Positions 48,300 to 59,279 of a DNA stretch of 64,000 nucleotides are shown here, one piece after another. The notes beneath the pieces were generated by a model. It was given only the letters and a program-made list of their open reading frames with translations. It was not told the DNA's origin and made no database searches. Each line of letters starts with the position of its first letter. Position 1 is the first letter of the stretch. The stretch comes from Mobula hypostoma (Eukaryota), in NCBI RefSeq assembly GCF_963921235.1, contig NC_086097.1, positions 153,080,001 to 153,144,000 of the forward strand, written 5' to 3'. A program made the position numbers and the translations under genes.

Positions 48300-51200
48300 G
48301 GGTTTGTAGGCCATTACTTCCTACAAGACAAAACCTAACATCATAAATGACTGTGATGCTTCACTCCCAGATGAGCTCAACGTCTTTCATGTACACTTTG
48401 AAAAGACAAAAATATCTATACCTGTGTGAATCCTTTGCAGCTTTGGTGATCCTGTGATATCTGTCTCAGAGGCCAATGTCAGAATATCTCTGAAGAGGAT
48501 GAACACTTACAAGGCATTAGGCCCCGACCGTGTTGCTAGCAGGGAACTGAAAGCCTGTACCAACCAACTGACCTGAATGTTCAAGGACAATCTTTTATCT
48601 CTCACTGCTGCAGTCAAATGTTCCACCTGCTTCAAAAGGGCATCAACCACACTGGTGCAGAAGATGAGCAAGGTGAGCTGTTGCAATGCGTATTGCCCAT
48701 TTGCACTCACATCTACGGTGATGAGATTGATCATGGCTTGAATTAACTCCTGCCCATGCAAGGATCTGGACCCGCTGCAATTTGCTCACTATGAAAATAG
48801 GTCTACAGCAAATGCAATCTCACTGTCTCTCCCCTAGGCCTTGCCCTACCTGGACAACCGCAAAACCCTTGTACGACCGATGGCCACACATTCAAAATTT
48901 ATTTTGAACGTGTTGCTTCCTCAGATATTTTTTGTGGTTATGATAGACTGCTTAAGATGAAAGTCAAATTTAATTTCAGATTACTTGTATCATGTAGGAA
49001 ATTGGAGAAACCAGAAATAAACTTTTATTGAATATAATGCATTTAATTGCATAACGGTGCTGACACTTTGCAATAGTTGAACTAAGCTAAAAAATGTTCT
49101 GTTGATGATTTTCATTTGTACCCAGTGTCTAAGGCTTCTCGCTTAAGTGTCCAACAATAATCAGCCAACATTGATGGATTCCGGCTGCCCTGATATCATT
49201 TCTCTATGACCGCAATGTCCTGGTGAAACCTTTCACCATGCTTAACACTAACAGTGCCAAGATTTGCAGGGAAAAGTCGAAATGGAAATACAGAAAATTA
49301 ATCTTTGGTGACATGTTGTACTTGATGATTTTGTGTGCTTGAAGCATGTTGTTAACCAGCTTAACATAGTTTGATGCTCTGTAGTCATCAAGAAAATTTT
49401 CAACAACATCCTTGAATGCTTTCCAGGCGATTTTCTTCTGTCCCACTAGAAGTTCTTCGAATTGCCTGTCATTGATATCTGTTTAACATGTGGACCAACA
49501 AAAATACCTTCTTTAATCTTGGCATCAGATATTTTGGGAAATATCTGTCTCAAATATCAAAATCCCTCATGAAAGTTTTGTGTCTGGTGACTGCAGATTC
49601 TATCCTTACAGTCTTGAACACAGAAATTCTGTTTTTGCCTTTGACAAACCCAAGTTTCTGACCAGGTCATTTAACTCAGATTGAGTTATCAGATGAGACT
49701 CAATCAACATAAGTGGTTCAAAATCTGTTTCAGTATTTGCATCATTTTCCATTCCTGGCTCATGTCTCATGCATCATCACATCTCTTCCTTCTCTAGACT
49801 CCATGTCTCTGGTGGCTTCAATACTGGAAGACTATCATGCGGCACAGGTTTCATGGCTGAACGGAGATTGGGGTATTCAATGGATTTCTTGTTTATCACA
49901 GAGAAACGAGACACACTGGTTAGACTGAGGTATCAGTCTGTCACTTGATCCTCTTGCTCTCGCCATATCACTGGGACAACAAAGAGTATTTACTTCCAGA
50001 AACCTCTGAGCTAGGCTCCAAGATTGACAGCGCATGTTGTGCAACAAATGTGAGGAGCCCAAGCCTTGGCTTGGTGGTCAATGTTGCAGCCAAAGTAGAG
50101 CTCGTAGGCTTTCATAATGAGGGGATTCATGCTCCATCTTTGACTGTATTCTCAACACAAATATAACAGAAGTTATCACGGCTGTTGCAACATTGGTGAG
50201 ATATTTTGCCACCACAAATACTCCTGAAAATAAAATTATGTTATTATAATGAGTACAGACAATATGCTTACGGGTAGAGCATGTGCATCAACGTGATCGC
50301 AAACCGATATACTGTACATGTAAACACAATGCATGGAATGGTGCTTTTACCGTCTTTCTAAAACCTATGCTGCCATGCAGTGTTCACCCTATCCAAGCAT
50401 GCCTGGACAAGACAGAAAACTTTTCAGCTTACATTGTGAGCAACATTTTAGATGACTTGAATTATGAATTGAAGTAACAAATATAGCTGATAGTTTAAAA
50501 AAAGAATGCTATGTAATAGGAAAATTTCATGGTGATTTTCATGATCAGCAGCTCAAAATCCATAAGCAGCATCCAGAAGTATTAAGGAAGCAAATTTTTT
50601 GTTGTCCAGAGTTACAGCTCAGCATTCAACACAATCATCCCTTCAATACTATCCAATAAGCTTCAGAAGTTGGACCTCGGTACCTCCCTCTGCAACCGAA
50701 TCCTTGACTTCCTTATTGAGAGACCAAAGTCAGTACAGATAGGAAATATTCTCCTTTTCACTGACAATCAACCCCAGAGCAGCTCATTTAGCCTTCTTCT
50801 CTATTCTCTACACTCATAAATATGCAGCAGGATCTCAGATGATTGGAGGAGGAATATAGCGTGTGATAGATGAGCTGGGTGAGTGGTGTCGCAAGGACAA
50901 CACTGGCCTCAGCATTAGTAAGGCCAAGAATTGATTGTGGACTTCAGGAAAGTGAAGTTGAGGGAACACACACCATTTCTCATTGAGTGATCAGCAGTGG
51001 AAAGGTTGAGCAATTTCAAGCCCTGGGTGCCAACATCTCTGAAGATCTATCCTGGGCCCAACATATTGATGCAGTTGCAAAGAAGGCACACCATCAGCTA
51101 TATTTCATTAGGAGTCTGGGGAGATTTGGTATTTCACCAAAGCTCTAGCAAATTTCTACAGATGTACTGTGGAGAGTATTCTAACGGGCTGCATCTCCAG

Positions 51201-51640
51201 CTGGTGTGGAGAGGCAACAGCGTAGGATCGGAAGAAGCTGCAGAGGGTTGTAAAGTCAGCCACCTCCATCATGGGTATCAGCCTCCCCACTGTCATGGGC
51301 ATTTTCAAAATGCAGTGCCTCAAAAGAGCGGCATCCATCACTAAGGAACCTCACCAGCCAGGGCTTAGCTCCTCCTCATTGCTACCATCTGCAAAGAGGC
51401 ACAAGAGCCTGATGACTCACACTCAATGCTTCTTCCACTTTATCATTAGATTTCTGAATGATCAATGAACTCATGAGCATTACCTCACTATTTTTTCTCT
51501 CTTTTTGCATTACATATCCATCTTTTATATGTTTCTTATAGTAATTTCTAGTATATATTATGTATCGCACTATACTGCTGCTATAAAACCACAAATTGCA
51601 CAACATACATCAATGATAATAAACCTGATTTGGATTCTGA
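48300..51640 (+). mobile_element. Degraded Rex1/Babar LINE hosting a Chapaev insertion
   Basis: ctggacccgctgcaatttgc (LDPLQFA) before the insert, tacagctcagcattcaacacaatc (YSSAFNTI) after it; tgtggagagtattcta; (gattct) tail at ~51625-51640. Confidence 0.8.
48885..50611 (-). mobile_element. Chapaev (CMC superfamily, Chapaev3-like) DNA transposon, internally deleted
   Basis: Minus strand CCNSRDNFCYIC, KAYELYFGC..WAPHICCTTC, VIWRE..EYPNLRSAMKPVPH; C-terminal YLRQIFPKISDAKIKEGIFVGP, AWKAFKDVVENFL and gagcatggtgaaaggtttcaccaggac (EHGERFHQD); right end GTTGTCCAGAG|TTA. Confidence 0.8.
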
Positions 51641-52207
51641 TTTCCTTGAAGGAAGCTATTTCATTAAGTTAATTCCCTACATACTAAACTGATCTATCCA
51701 TGTTTTAATTCTGTTTGTTCATATGAAATTTTTGTATAATTTATTTATAAATAATGTGTTTTTTTCTGGTGACTGTCATGTATCTGATGCTACATGCCTG
51801 TGATACTGCTTCAATTGCTTTCTCATTACAGCCACACATACGTGTGCTTATGCATATGACAATCAACTTGACTTTGAATTTCCATCTCTGAAATAAACAT
51901 CAAGTGTTAGGATATGAAAGTAAAGAGATACAGGAATTGTTGTTATTCTGTGATATCCCCTGGCTATTTGACAGTAGCAGTAGATTGAAATCACACCCAA
52001 TAGGCCGAGTAGGCATACATCGACAAGTGGAAATTATCTCTCATTTTGTCTTGCTCGATAATTTTTCTTTAGCAATCAACAGGATATGAATTATTCACCT
52101 GATCATAAGTAATTAGTAAACAGGGATGAACAGTCGAGAATTATAAACTTCTTCCTCATAGCAACTTCACAAAAGATGGAAAAATGTAAATGCCATCACC
52201 AATAGAG

Positions 52208-52301
52208 AAACACACACACACACAATGCTGGAGGACCTCAGCAGGCCAGGCAGCATCTATGAAAAACAACACAGACGACATTTCAGGCCAAGACCCTTCA
52301 G
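52208..52301 (-). mobile_element. Penelope terminal-repeat fragment
   Basis: cacacaatgctggaggacctcagcaggccaggcagcatctat..gacatttcaggccaagacccttcag. Confidence 0.75.
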
Positions 52302-52960
52302 CTGTAGACTGTGTTATGTCAGAATGCTCATTCTTCTGAAATCCTTCTCGTGAGAGCCTATTGTTCATTATTGCATAAATACACCTTGTCAATTACTTGT
52401 TACAGAGATCAAGAGAGTCTGGAAAGAACTGATGGATTATCATCAATAATAGCTCTTTACTTTCCAACTCTATGCTTGCTAGGTTTGACACCTTTCCTAA
52501 AACAAGATACTTGAGAACAGCTGATGGGTTGTAACTAGAACCATCTGAGTCTGCAAGAACAAATTGTAATGTTGTTAACATTTTATCTCATACTTATTGC
52601 TGTTGCTGACAGCATCAACACATATTAAGCAAACCTTATTTAGATGCAATCACAAACATTGCTCGCAACAGATAGATGTCAGTCTGACTGTAAGCTAAAA
52701 AATAAACAGCCCAGCCTATTTGGCATAAATGTTCCATAAAGATTAAACAAAATGGCACCATCTTTAATTACCAGCCCATATGGAACAGGTAAATTCCGGG
52801 TCTGATTTTCCCATTTATCTTGTGTAACTCACCTCAGCCAAAGGTCAGGTCTAGAATTTTTAGGCCACTCATAGAGTTAGAGTTGTACAGCACAAAAACA
52901 GGCTTATCCACTACAATTGTGATCCGTATCTATGGCAATCATTTTGCCTGATTTTAATCC

Positions 52961-53655
52961 AAAGTTCAAAGTACATTTATTATCAAAGTGTGTATATATC
53001 ATACAACCTTGAGATTTGTCTCATTACAGGCAGCCACAAAACAGAGAAACCTAAAAGAACCCATAAAAGGAAGACCATCAAACACCAATGTGCGGAGAAG
53101 ACAAAATAAAAATCGTGCAAACAGTGGAAGTCAGCAAGTAGCATACGGAACAAAAGAGCATCCAAGACACAAATCCCAGAGCAGCCGGAACAGGCCACAG
53201 CCTCAACCTGATTTCAGCGTAGAGCTGAGTAAACGCTGCAGAGCCCTTAGATATGGAGCCAGGAGCAGCTGGAGCAGGCAGCTTCAGTTCAGCGCAGAGT
53301 CAAGTTTATGTTGTGGAGCAGCTCGCAGAACCAGCCGGACCCTTGCCTCATGTCCCAACACCCTGCCTTTTCAATCATCCAAAGATCAAGTCGTTCCTTG
53401 CACTAAGACCTGAACCCTGTCGCATCGATATGCTCTGGGCCTGCCAACACGTCTCAGCCCATACTCGATCTATACAAATCAGTCTGGGACTTAGATCAAT
53501 CAAACCTTGCTGTCAGTTTAGGTGGACAGGCCTCTCCTCTGCTTTGATTGCGCTCCACTCTGCTTGCCCCTGATTTTGCCTCAAATATGCCTTGGCCTTG
53601 CCTGGACCTCACCTCGACTTCTCCTCGCACCCATATACTTCGACACTCAACTCAG
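52961..53655 (-). mobile_element. Non-autonomous non-coding retroposon (family of 5880-6575)
   Basis: aaagttcaaagtacatttattatcaaag..acaggcagccacaaaacagagaaac. Confidence 0.65.
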
Positions 53656-54068
53656 CCTCAACTCATATCCTATCCAATAACTGTCCAAATGCCTTTTAAA
53701 AGTAATTATATTTGTCTCACATATAACATGTTCCATGTAACCAACACCATTAGTGTGAAAACTTGTCCTTCAAGTGTTTCCCACTTCTACTGCTATCCAT
53801 TGAGCTCTGCAGGAAAGTATACGCTTGTGAATGTCAGCTAATAACAGCTTTAGGCTTTACTATGATGCCCCACATACATGAGTAATTTCCACAACCTAAT
53901 TATCCACAATCAACTGCTAAATTTTGTTACATGAAAAAAGCAACCAAGCTGTCCATTTTCCTTTACATCAGGAATCATCCCTTGTACATTTTGATAAATA
54001 TAAGAAACAAATACGAGGAAGCAACAACTTAATGCAATGCAATTTATTCAAGCATTAAATTACATCTG

Positions 54069-54263
54069 GAGACACAAGAGACTGCAAATATTGAAGTTTG
54101 GAGCAACAAACAATTTACTGAAGGAAATCAATGGGTCACACAACCTCTGTAATGAACAGCATTAGTCCTGATTCAGGGATTCAACCTGAAACATTGTCAA
54201 TTCCTTCCCCCACACACATGCTGCTCACCCCACTGAGTTCCTCCAATAGATTGTTTGTTGCAC
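54069..54263. mobile_element. Palindromic Penelope-derived mini-element with 13-bp TSD
   Basis: Inverted arms gcaacaaacaatttactgaaggaa / ttcctccaatagattgtttgttgc; decayed hammerhead agtcctgattcaggg..cctgaaac; exact TSD taaattacatctg at 54056-54068 and 54264-54276. Confidence 0.75.
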
Positions 54264-55190
54264 TAAATTACATCTGATACATTTACGCTATATTTAAATC
54301 ATAGAACATAGAACAGCTTAGTACCAGCCCTTGTGCCGACAACCTTTTAACCTACTCAATGATCGAACTAACCCTTCCCTCCCACACAGCTCATAATTCT
54401 CCATTTTTCTTTCATCCACGTGCCTATCTGAGAATCTCTTAATGACCTTAATGTATCAGACTCTACCCTCACCCCAGCATTGAATTCCAGGCAATTACCA
54501 CTCTCTGTATAAAAATCTACCTGCGAAATCTCCCCGAAATATCCTTCCAGTCACATTAAAAGGATATTCTCTTGCATAAGTCAATGGCACCCTGGGAAAA
54601 AAGGCACAAGCTGTTGATGTTGGCCTCTCATAATTTTAAACTCCTCTGTCAAGTCCCCTGTCAACCTCCTTTGCTCCAAAGAGAAAAGCCTTAGATTGCT
54701 CAGACTTTCCTTATAAGACATGCTCTCTAATTCAGGGAGCATCCTGTTAAATCTCCTCTGCACCCTCTCTAAAGTTTCCACATTCTTCCTACTATGAGGC
54801 AACTAGAACTGAACACAATATTCTAAGTATTGTTGAACCAGTGTTCTATAGAGCTAAATGTTACCTTGCGACTCTTGAACTCATTCTCCCAAGTAAAGAA
54901 GATCAGCACACCATATGCCTTCTTAACCACCCTGTCAACTTATGCAGCATCTTTGTGAGCTCTAAGGACTTGGTTCCCAAAGTCACTCTGCTCCTCCAAA
55001 CAGCTACAAATCAGCTATTAACTTCAAGACTAACCTTCCAGAATATCGCCACACCTTTCTAGATTGAACTCAGGTCATCTCTGCACCTTGTTTATGCCCC
55101 AGTTTAACCTATGATAACCTGCACCATTCATAACACCACAAACCCATGTGTCATATGAAAACTTACTAAACCACCCTCCATTCCCTCATC

Positions 55191-57197
55191 CATAGAAACA
55201 TAGAAACACAGAAAATAGGTGCAGGAGTAGGCCATTCGGCCCTTCGAGCCTGCACCGCCATTTATTATGATCATGGCTGATCATCCAACTCAGAACCGCG
55301 CCCCAGCCTTCCCTCCATACCCCCTGATCCCCGTAGCCACAAGGGCCATATCTAACTCCCTCTTAAATTTAGCCAATGAACTGGCCTCAACTGTTTCCTG
55401 TGGCAGAGAATTCCACAGATTCACCACTCTCTGTGTGAAGAAGTTTTTCCTAATCTCGGTCCTAAAAGGCTTCCCCTTTATCCTCAAACTGTGACCCCTT
55501 GTTCTGGACTTCCCCAACATCGGGAACAATCTTCCTGCATCTAGCCTGTCCAATCCCTTTAGGATTTTATGCGTTTCAATCAGATCCCCCCTCAATCTTC
55601 TAAATTCCAACGAGTACAAGCCCAGTTCATCCAGTCTTTCTTCATATGAAAGTCCTGCCATCCCAGGAATCAATCTGGTGAACCTTCTTTGTACTCCCTC
55701 TATGGCAAGGATGTCTTTCCTCAGATTAGGGGACCAAAACTGCACACAATACTCCAGGTGTGGTCTCACCAAGGCCTTGTACAACTGCAGTAGTACCTCC
55801 CTGCACCTGTACTCGAATCCTCTTGCTATAAATGCCAGCATACCATTCGCCTTTTTCACCGCCTGCTGTACCTGCATGCCCACTTTCAATGACTGGTGTA
55901 TAATGACACCCAGGTCTCGTTGCACCTCCCCTTTTCCTAATCGGCCACCATTCAGATAATAATCTGTTTTCCTATTTTTGCCACCAAAGTGGATAACTTC
56001 ACATTTATCCACATTAAATTGCATCTGCCATGAATTTGCCCACTCACCCAACCTATCCAAGTCACTCTGCATCCTCTTAGCATCCTCCTCACAGCTAACA
56101 CTGCCACCCAGCTTCGTGTCATCCGCAAACTTGGAGATGCTGCATTTAATTCCCTCATCCAAGTCATTAATATATATTGTAAACGACTGGGGTCCCAGCA
56201 CTGAGCCTTGCGGTACCCCACTAGTCACCGCCTGCCATTCTGAAAAGGTCCCGTTTATTCCCAATCTTTGCTTCCTGTCTGCTAACCAATTCTCCATCCA
56301 CATCAATACCTTACCCCCAATACCGTGTGCTTTAAGTTTGCACACTAATCTCCTGTGTGGGACCTTGTCAAAAGCCTTTTGAAAATCCAAATATACCACA
56401 TCCACTGGTTCTCCCCTATCCACTCTACTAGTTACATCCTCAAAAAATTCTATGAGATTCGTCAGACATGATTTTCCTTTCACAAATCCATGCTGACTTT
56501 GTCCGATCATTTCACCACTTTCCAAATGTGCTGTTATCACATCTTTGATAACTGACTCCAGCAGTTTCCCCACCACCGACGTTAGGCTACCCAGTCTATA
56601 ATTCCCTGGTTTCTGTCTCCCTCCTTTTTTAAAAAGTGGGGTTACATTAGCCACCCTCCAATCCTCAGGAACTAGTCCAGAATCTAACGAGTTTTGAAAA
56701 ATTATCACTAATGCATCCACTATTTCTTGGGCTACTTCCTTAAGCACTCTGGGATTCAGACCATCTGGCCCTGGGGATTTATCTGCCTTTAATCCCTTCA
56801 ATTTACCTAACACCACTTCCCTACTAACATGTATTTCGCTCAGTTCCTCCATCTCACTGGACCCTCTGTCCCCTACTATTTCTGGAAGATTATTTATGTC
56901 CTCCTTAGTGAAGACAGAACCAAAGTAATTATTCAATTGGTCTGCCATGTCCTTGCTCCCCATAATCAATTTACCTGTTTCTGTCTGTAGGGGACCTACA
57001 TTTGTCTTTACCAGTCTTTTCCTTTTTACATATCTATAAAAGCTTTTACAGTCAGTTTTTATGTTCCCTGCCAGTTTTCTCTCATAATCTTTTTTCCCCT
57101 TCCTAATTAAGCCCTTTGTCCTCCTCCGCTGAACTCTGAATTTCTCCCAGTCCTCAGGTGAGCCACTTTTTCTGGCTAATTTGTATGCTTCTTCTTT
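55191..57197 (-). mobile_element. Very young 5'-truncated CR1 LINE
   Basis: Reading frame open from the truncation point (KEEAYKLARKS..) to the stop at 55290; (catagaaa)n tail. Confidence 0.97.
55290..56969 (-). CDS. CR1 ORF2 reverse transcriptase domain (intact frame, lacks endonuclease and promoter; probably not expressed)
   Basis: 559-aa ORF with LDFQKAFDKVPH, GVPQGSVLGP, KFADDTK, RPHLEYCVQFWSP. Confidence 0.8.
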   Translation of the reverse strand: MIMGSKDMADQLNNYFGSVFTKEDINNLPEIVGDRGSSEMEELSEIHVSREVVLGKLKGLKADKSPGPDGLNPRVLKEVAQEIVDALVIIFQNSLDSGLVPEDWRVANVTPLFKKGGRQKPGNYRLGSLTSVVGKLLESVIKDVITAHLESGEMIGQSQHGFVKGKSCLTNLIEFFEDVTSRVDRGEPVDVVYLDFQKAFDKVPHRRLVCKLKAHGIGGKVLMWMENWLADRKQRLGINGTFSEWQAVTSGVPQGSVLGPQSFTIYINDLDEGIKCSISKFADDTKLGGSVSCEEDAKRMQSDLDRLGEWANSWQMQFNVDKCEVIHFGGKNRKTDYYLNGGRLGKGEVQRDLGVIIHQSLKVGMQVQQAVKKANGMLAFIARGFEYRCREVLLQLYKALVRPHLEYCVQFWSPNLRKDILAIEGVQRRFTRLIPGMAGLSYEERLDELGLYSLEFRRLRGDLIETHKILKGLDRLDAGRLFPMLGKSRTRGHSLRIKGKPFRTEIRKNFFTQRVVNLWNSLPQETVEASSLAKFKRELDMALVATGIRGYGGKAGARF

Positions 57198-59279
57198 ATA
57201 ATAATTACAAAGAGCAAGGACTCAGAACAGATTTCTGCAGAACGTAAGTAGTCACAGACCTCCAGGAAAAATAAGCTCCATCTACTATTACACTCAGCCT
57301 TCTGTGAACCAATTTCAAATTCATATTGCCATGTTTCCATGGATCTTATTCTTCATGGGACTTTCTAGTTGAACCTTCCATCATCAAATATCCTACTAAA
57401 ATCCATATACACCACATCCATGATTTATTTTGTCACTACACCAAAGAGTCCATCAAGGTTGTGTGGCACAACCTGCCCATCACAAAGCCATGATGACTAT
57501 CCCTTATAAAATACTATCTCTCAGGATCCTCTCTATTAGCTTGCAAAACTGATGCAAAACTCACTGATCTATAATTTCCAGAATTTTTTAACAATGGAAC
57601 ATTTGCCATTTTCTAATCCTCTGATATGACTTCTATGGCCAGTAAGGACATAGGATCATCACTGCCCCAGCAATCATTTCCCTTGCTTCCTGTAGTGACG
57701 TCTGTCTTATTCTTCTTGATAATGCTGTGTTGATATACTTGAAGAAGATTCTGATGTAGTTCCAATAAATCTGTTGCTTTCAAACCATCTCACTGCGCAT
57801 TACTAATAGTGAACTTACATATCTATGTAAGTTCTGATACTTGGCTCCATTTTGTAATTGTGTACTTCTTGATATAGACTGCGTGATGAACATTTGCCCA
57901 TGTAAGTCAATAGAATCTTAATGGATGAGATTTAGGCATTTATTCTTTAGATTGATAGGTTCTGAGAAGGCCCTGCTTCCCTGGATGAATATTCTGTCCC
58001 ACATAATGCAGTCCATTTACAACTTTGTTGAATCAGACTAGCCAGAAGGATCAAATTTAGTCTATTGTGGCTGTACTAACAAATTCAAAGAGATACCTAA
58101 TTAATCCCAAAACTCTGTAAGAGCCATACATTTTTTTTCCATTTTTCATCATCTAAGAGAGCACACTAAGAGTCTGAGCCTAAGGGGCTCAGTGGCTTTT
58201 AAAGCAGGACTCATTATTCTTCACTATTAATTTGTCCAGAGAGACTGCCTAACAAGGGATTGGCCATGGAGATTAGTTGACTCTAGAGGATTTTCTACCT
58301 AATCTCTGACCCAGGCATTCAAAATTACAGACATATACTTCTAGCAATTGATATAATGTGAATAGAAGCAAAATGTTGCCCGTTGACCTTCATGTTAGGA
58401 TATCTGTCTTTTCAGTCATTGAAATTCCTCCTCAGGTAAGAGCATATATAGAAAATTAGTTAAATGTCAACCTAAAACATACAAATTATCAAACACTCTT
58501 TTCTTCTAAGGCTCTTTCACATTTTTTTCACCTTCATTCTTTATTTTCACACATTTCTTAAATATGGCAGAATTTGCTGTTAATCATATCTATTGTCAGA
58601 ACTTTAAAAGATATGTCTGTCATTCTCTTCTGTACTGTTTTAGCAGAAGTATATATAAATTCACTTTAAATTGGCTAATCTAAGACTTTATTGGATGAAT
58701 TAAATATGAATTTGCATATGTTATACTTGTATATATTATGTTTTGTACACTATAACTTCCTAGAAGTCTATTTTATATAATATATCATTATGCTTATATT
58801 TTTAAATATAAAAGATAAGCATTACAACTTTCTTACTAATTTTTTGTTGCCATTTAAATATGTTGGAATTTATCTTCAAAACAAAGTTTTAGTTAAATTC
58901 TCATCTCAAAGTTAACAACTGTATTTACAGTTTCAAAACACTTCTGAACACGGGATCAATGACAGTAGAATTACATTAAGCTCCAATGCCATACAAACTA
59001 CAATAGTACACCTTAGGAATGTATTTAAGGTTGATGATGATGCAGGAAGTAGGCTGTGTTCAGGCTGGGGATTTATCCCAATTCAACAGGAGAGAATAAA
59101 CCAGCCATTGCAATTATAAATCTTTTAAGGTCAGGCTTTGTTAGATGTCAGAACATTATCCTTTTTTCAATTTCTTGTGGATTTCTGAATGGATGTTTCC
59201 AATTGGATGTTTCTTTCTTTGAGTTTATTGAAGATAAATAAAGAATGAATTTATCTTTGGGTTTATTGAAGAATAAGGT

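Larger units (their letters stand above)
54298..57690 (-). mobile_element. Old CR1 fragment split by a young CR1 insertion
   Basis: catagaacatagaac tail at ~54300; ETLERVQRRFNRMLPEL; continues after 57197 with RT-like sequence. Confidence 0.75.

Noticed and set aside
58411..58441. Possible short plus-strand exon ending CAG|GTAAGA; similar isolated donors near 46095 (+) and 24227 (-)
   Set aside because: Isolated splice-like motifs are expected by chance in 64 kb; no supporting exon structure.
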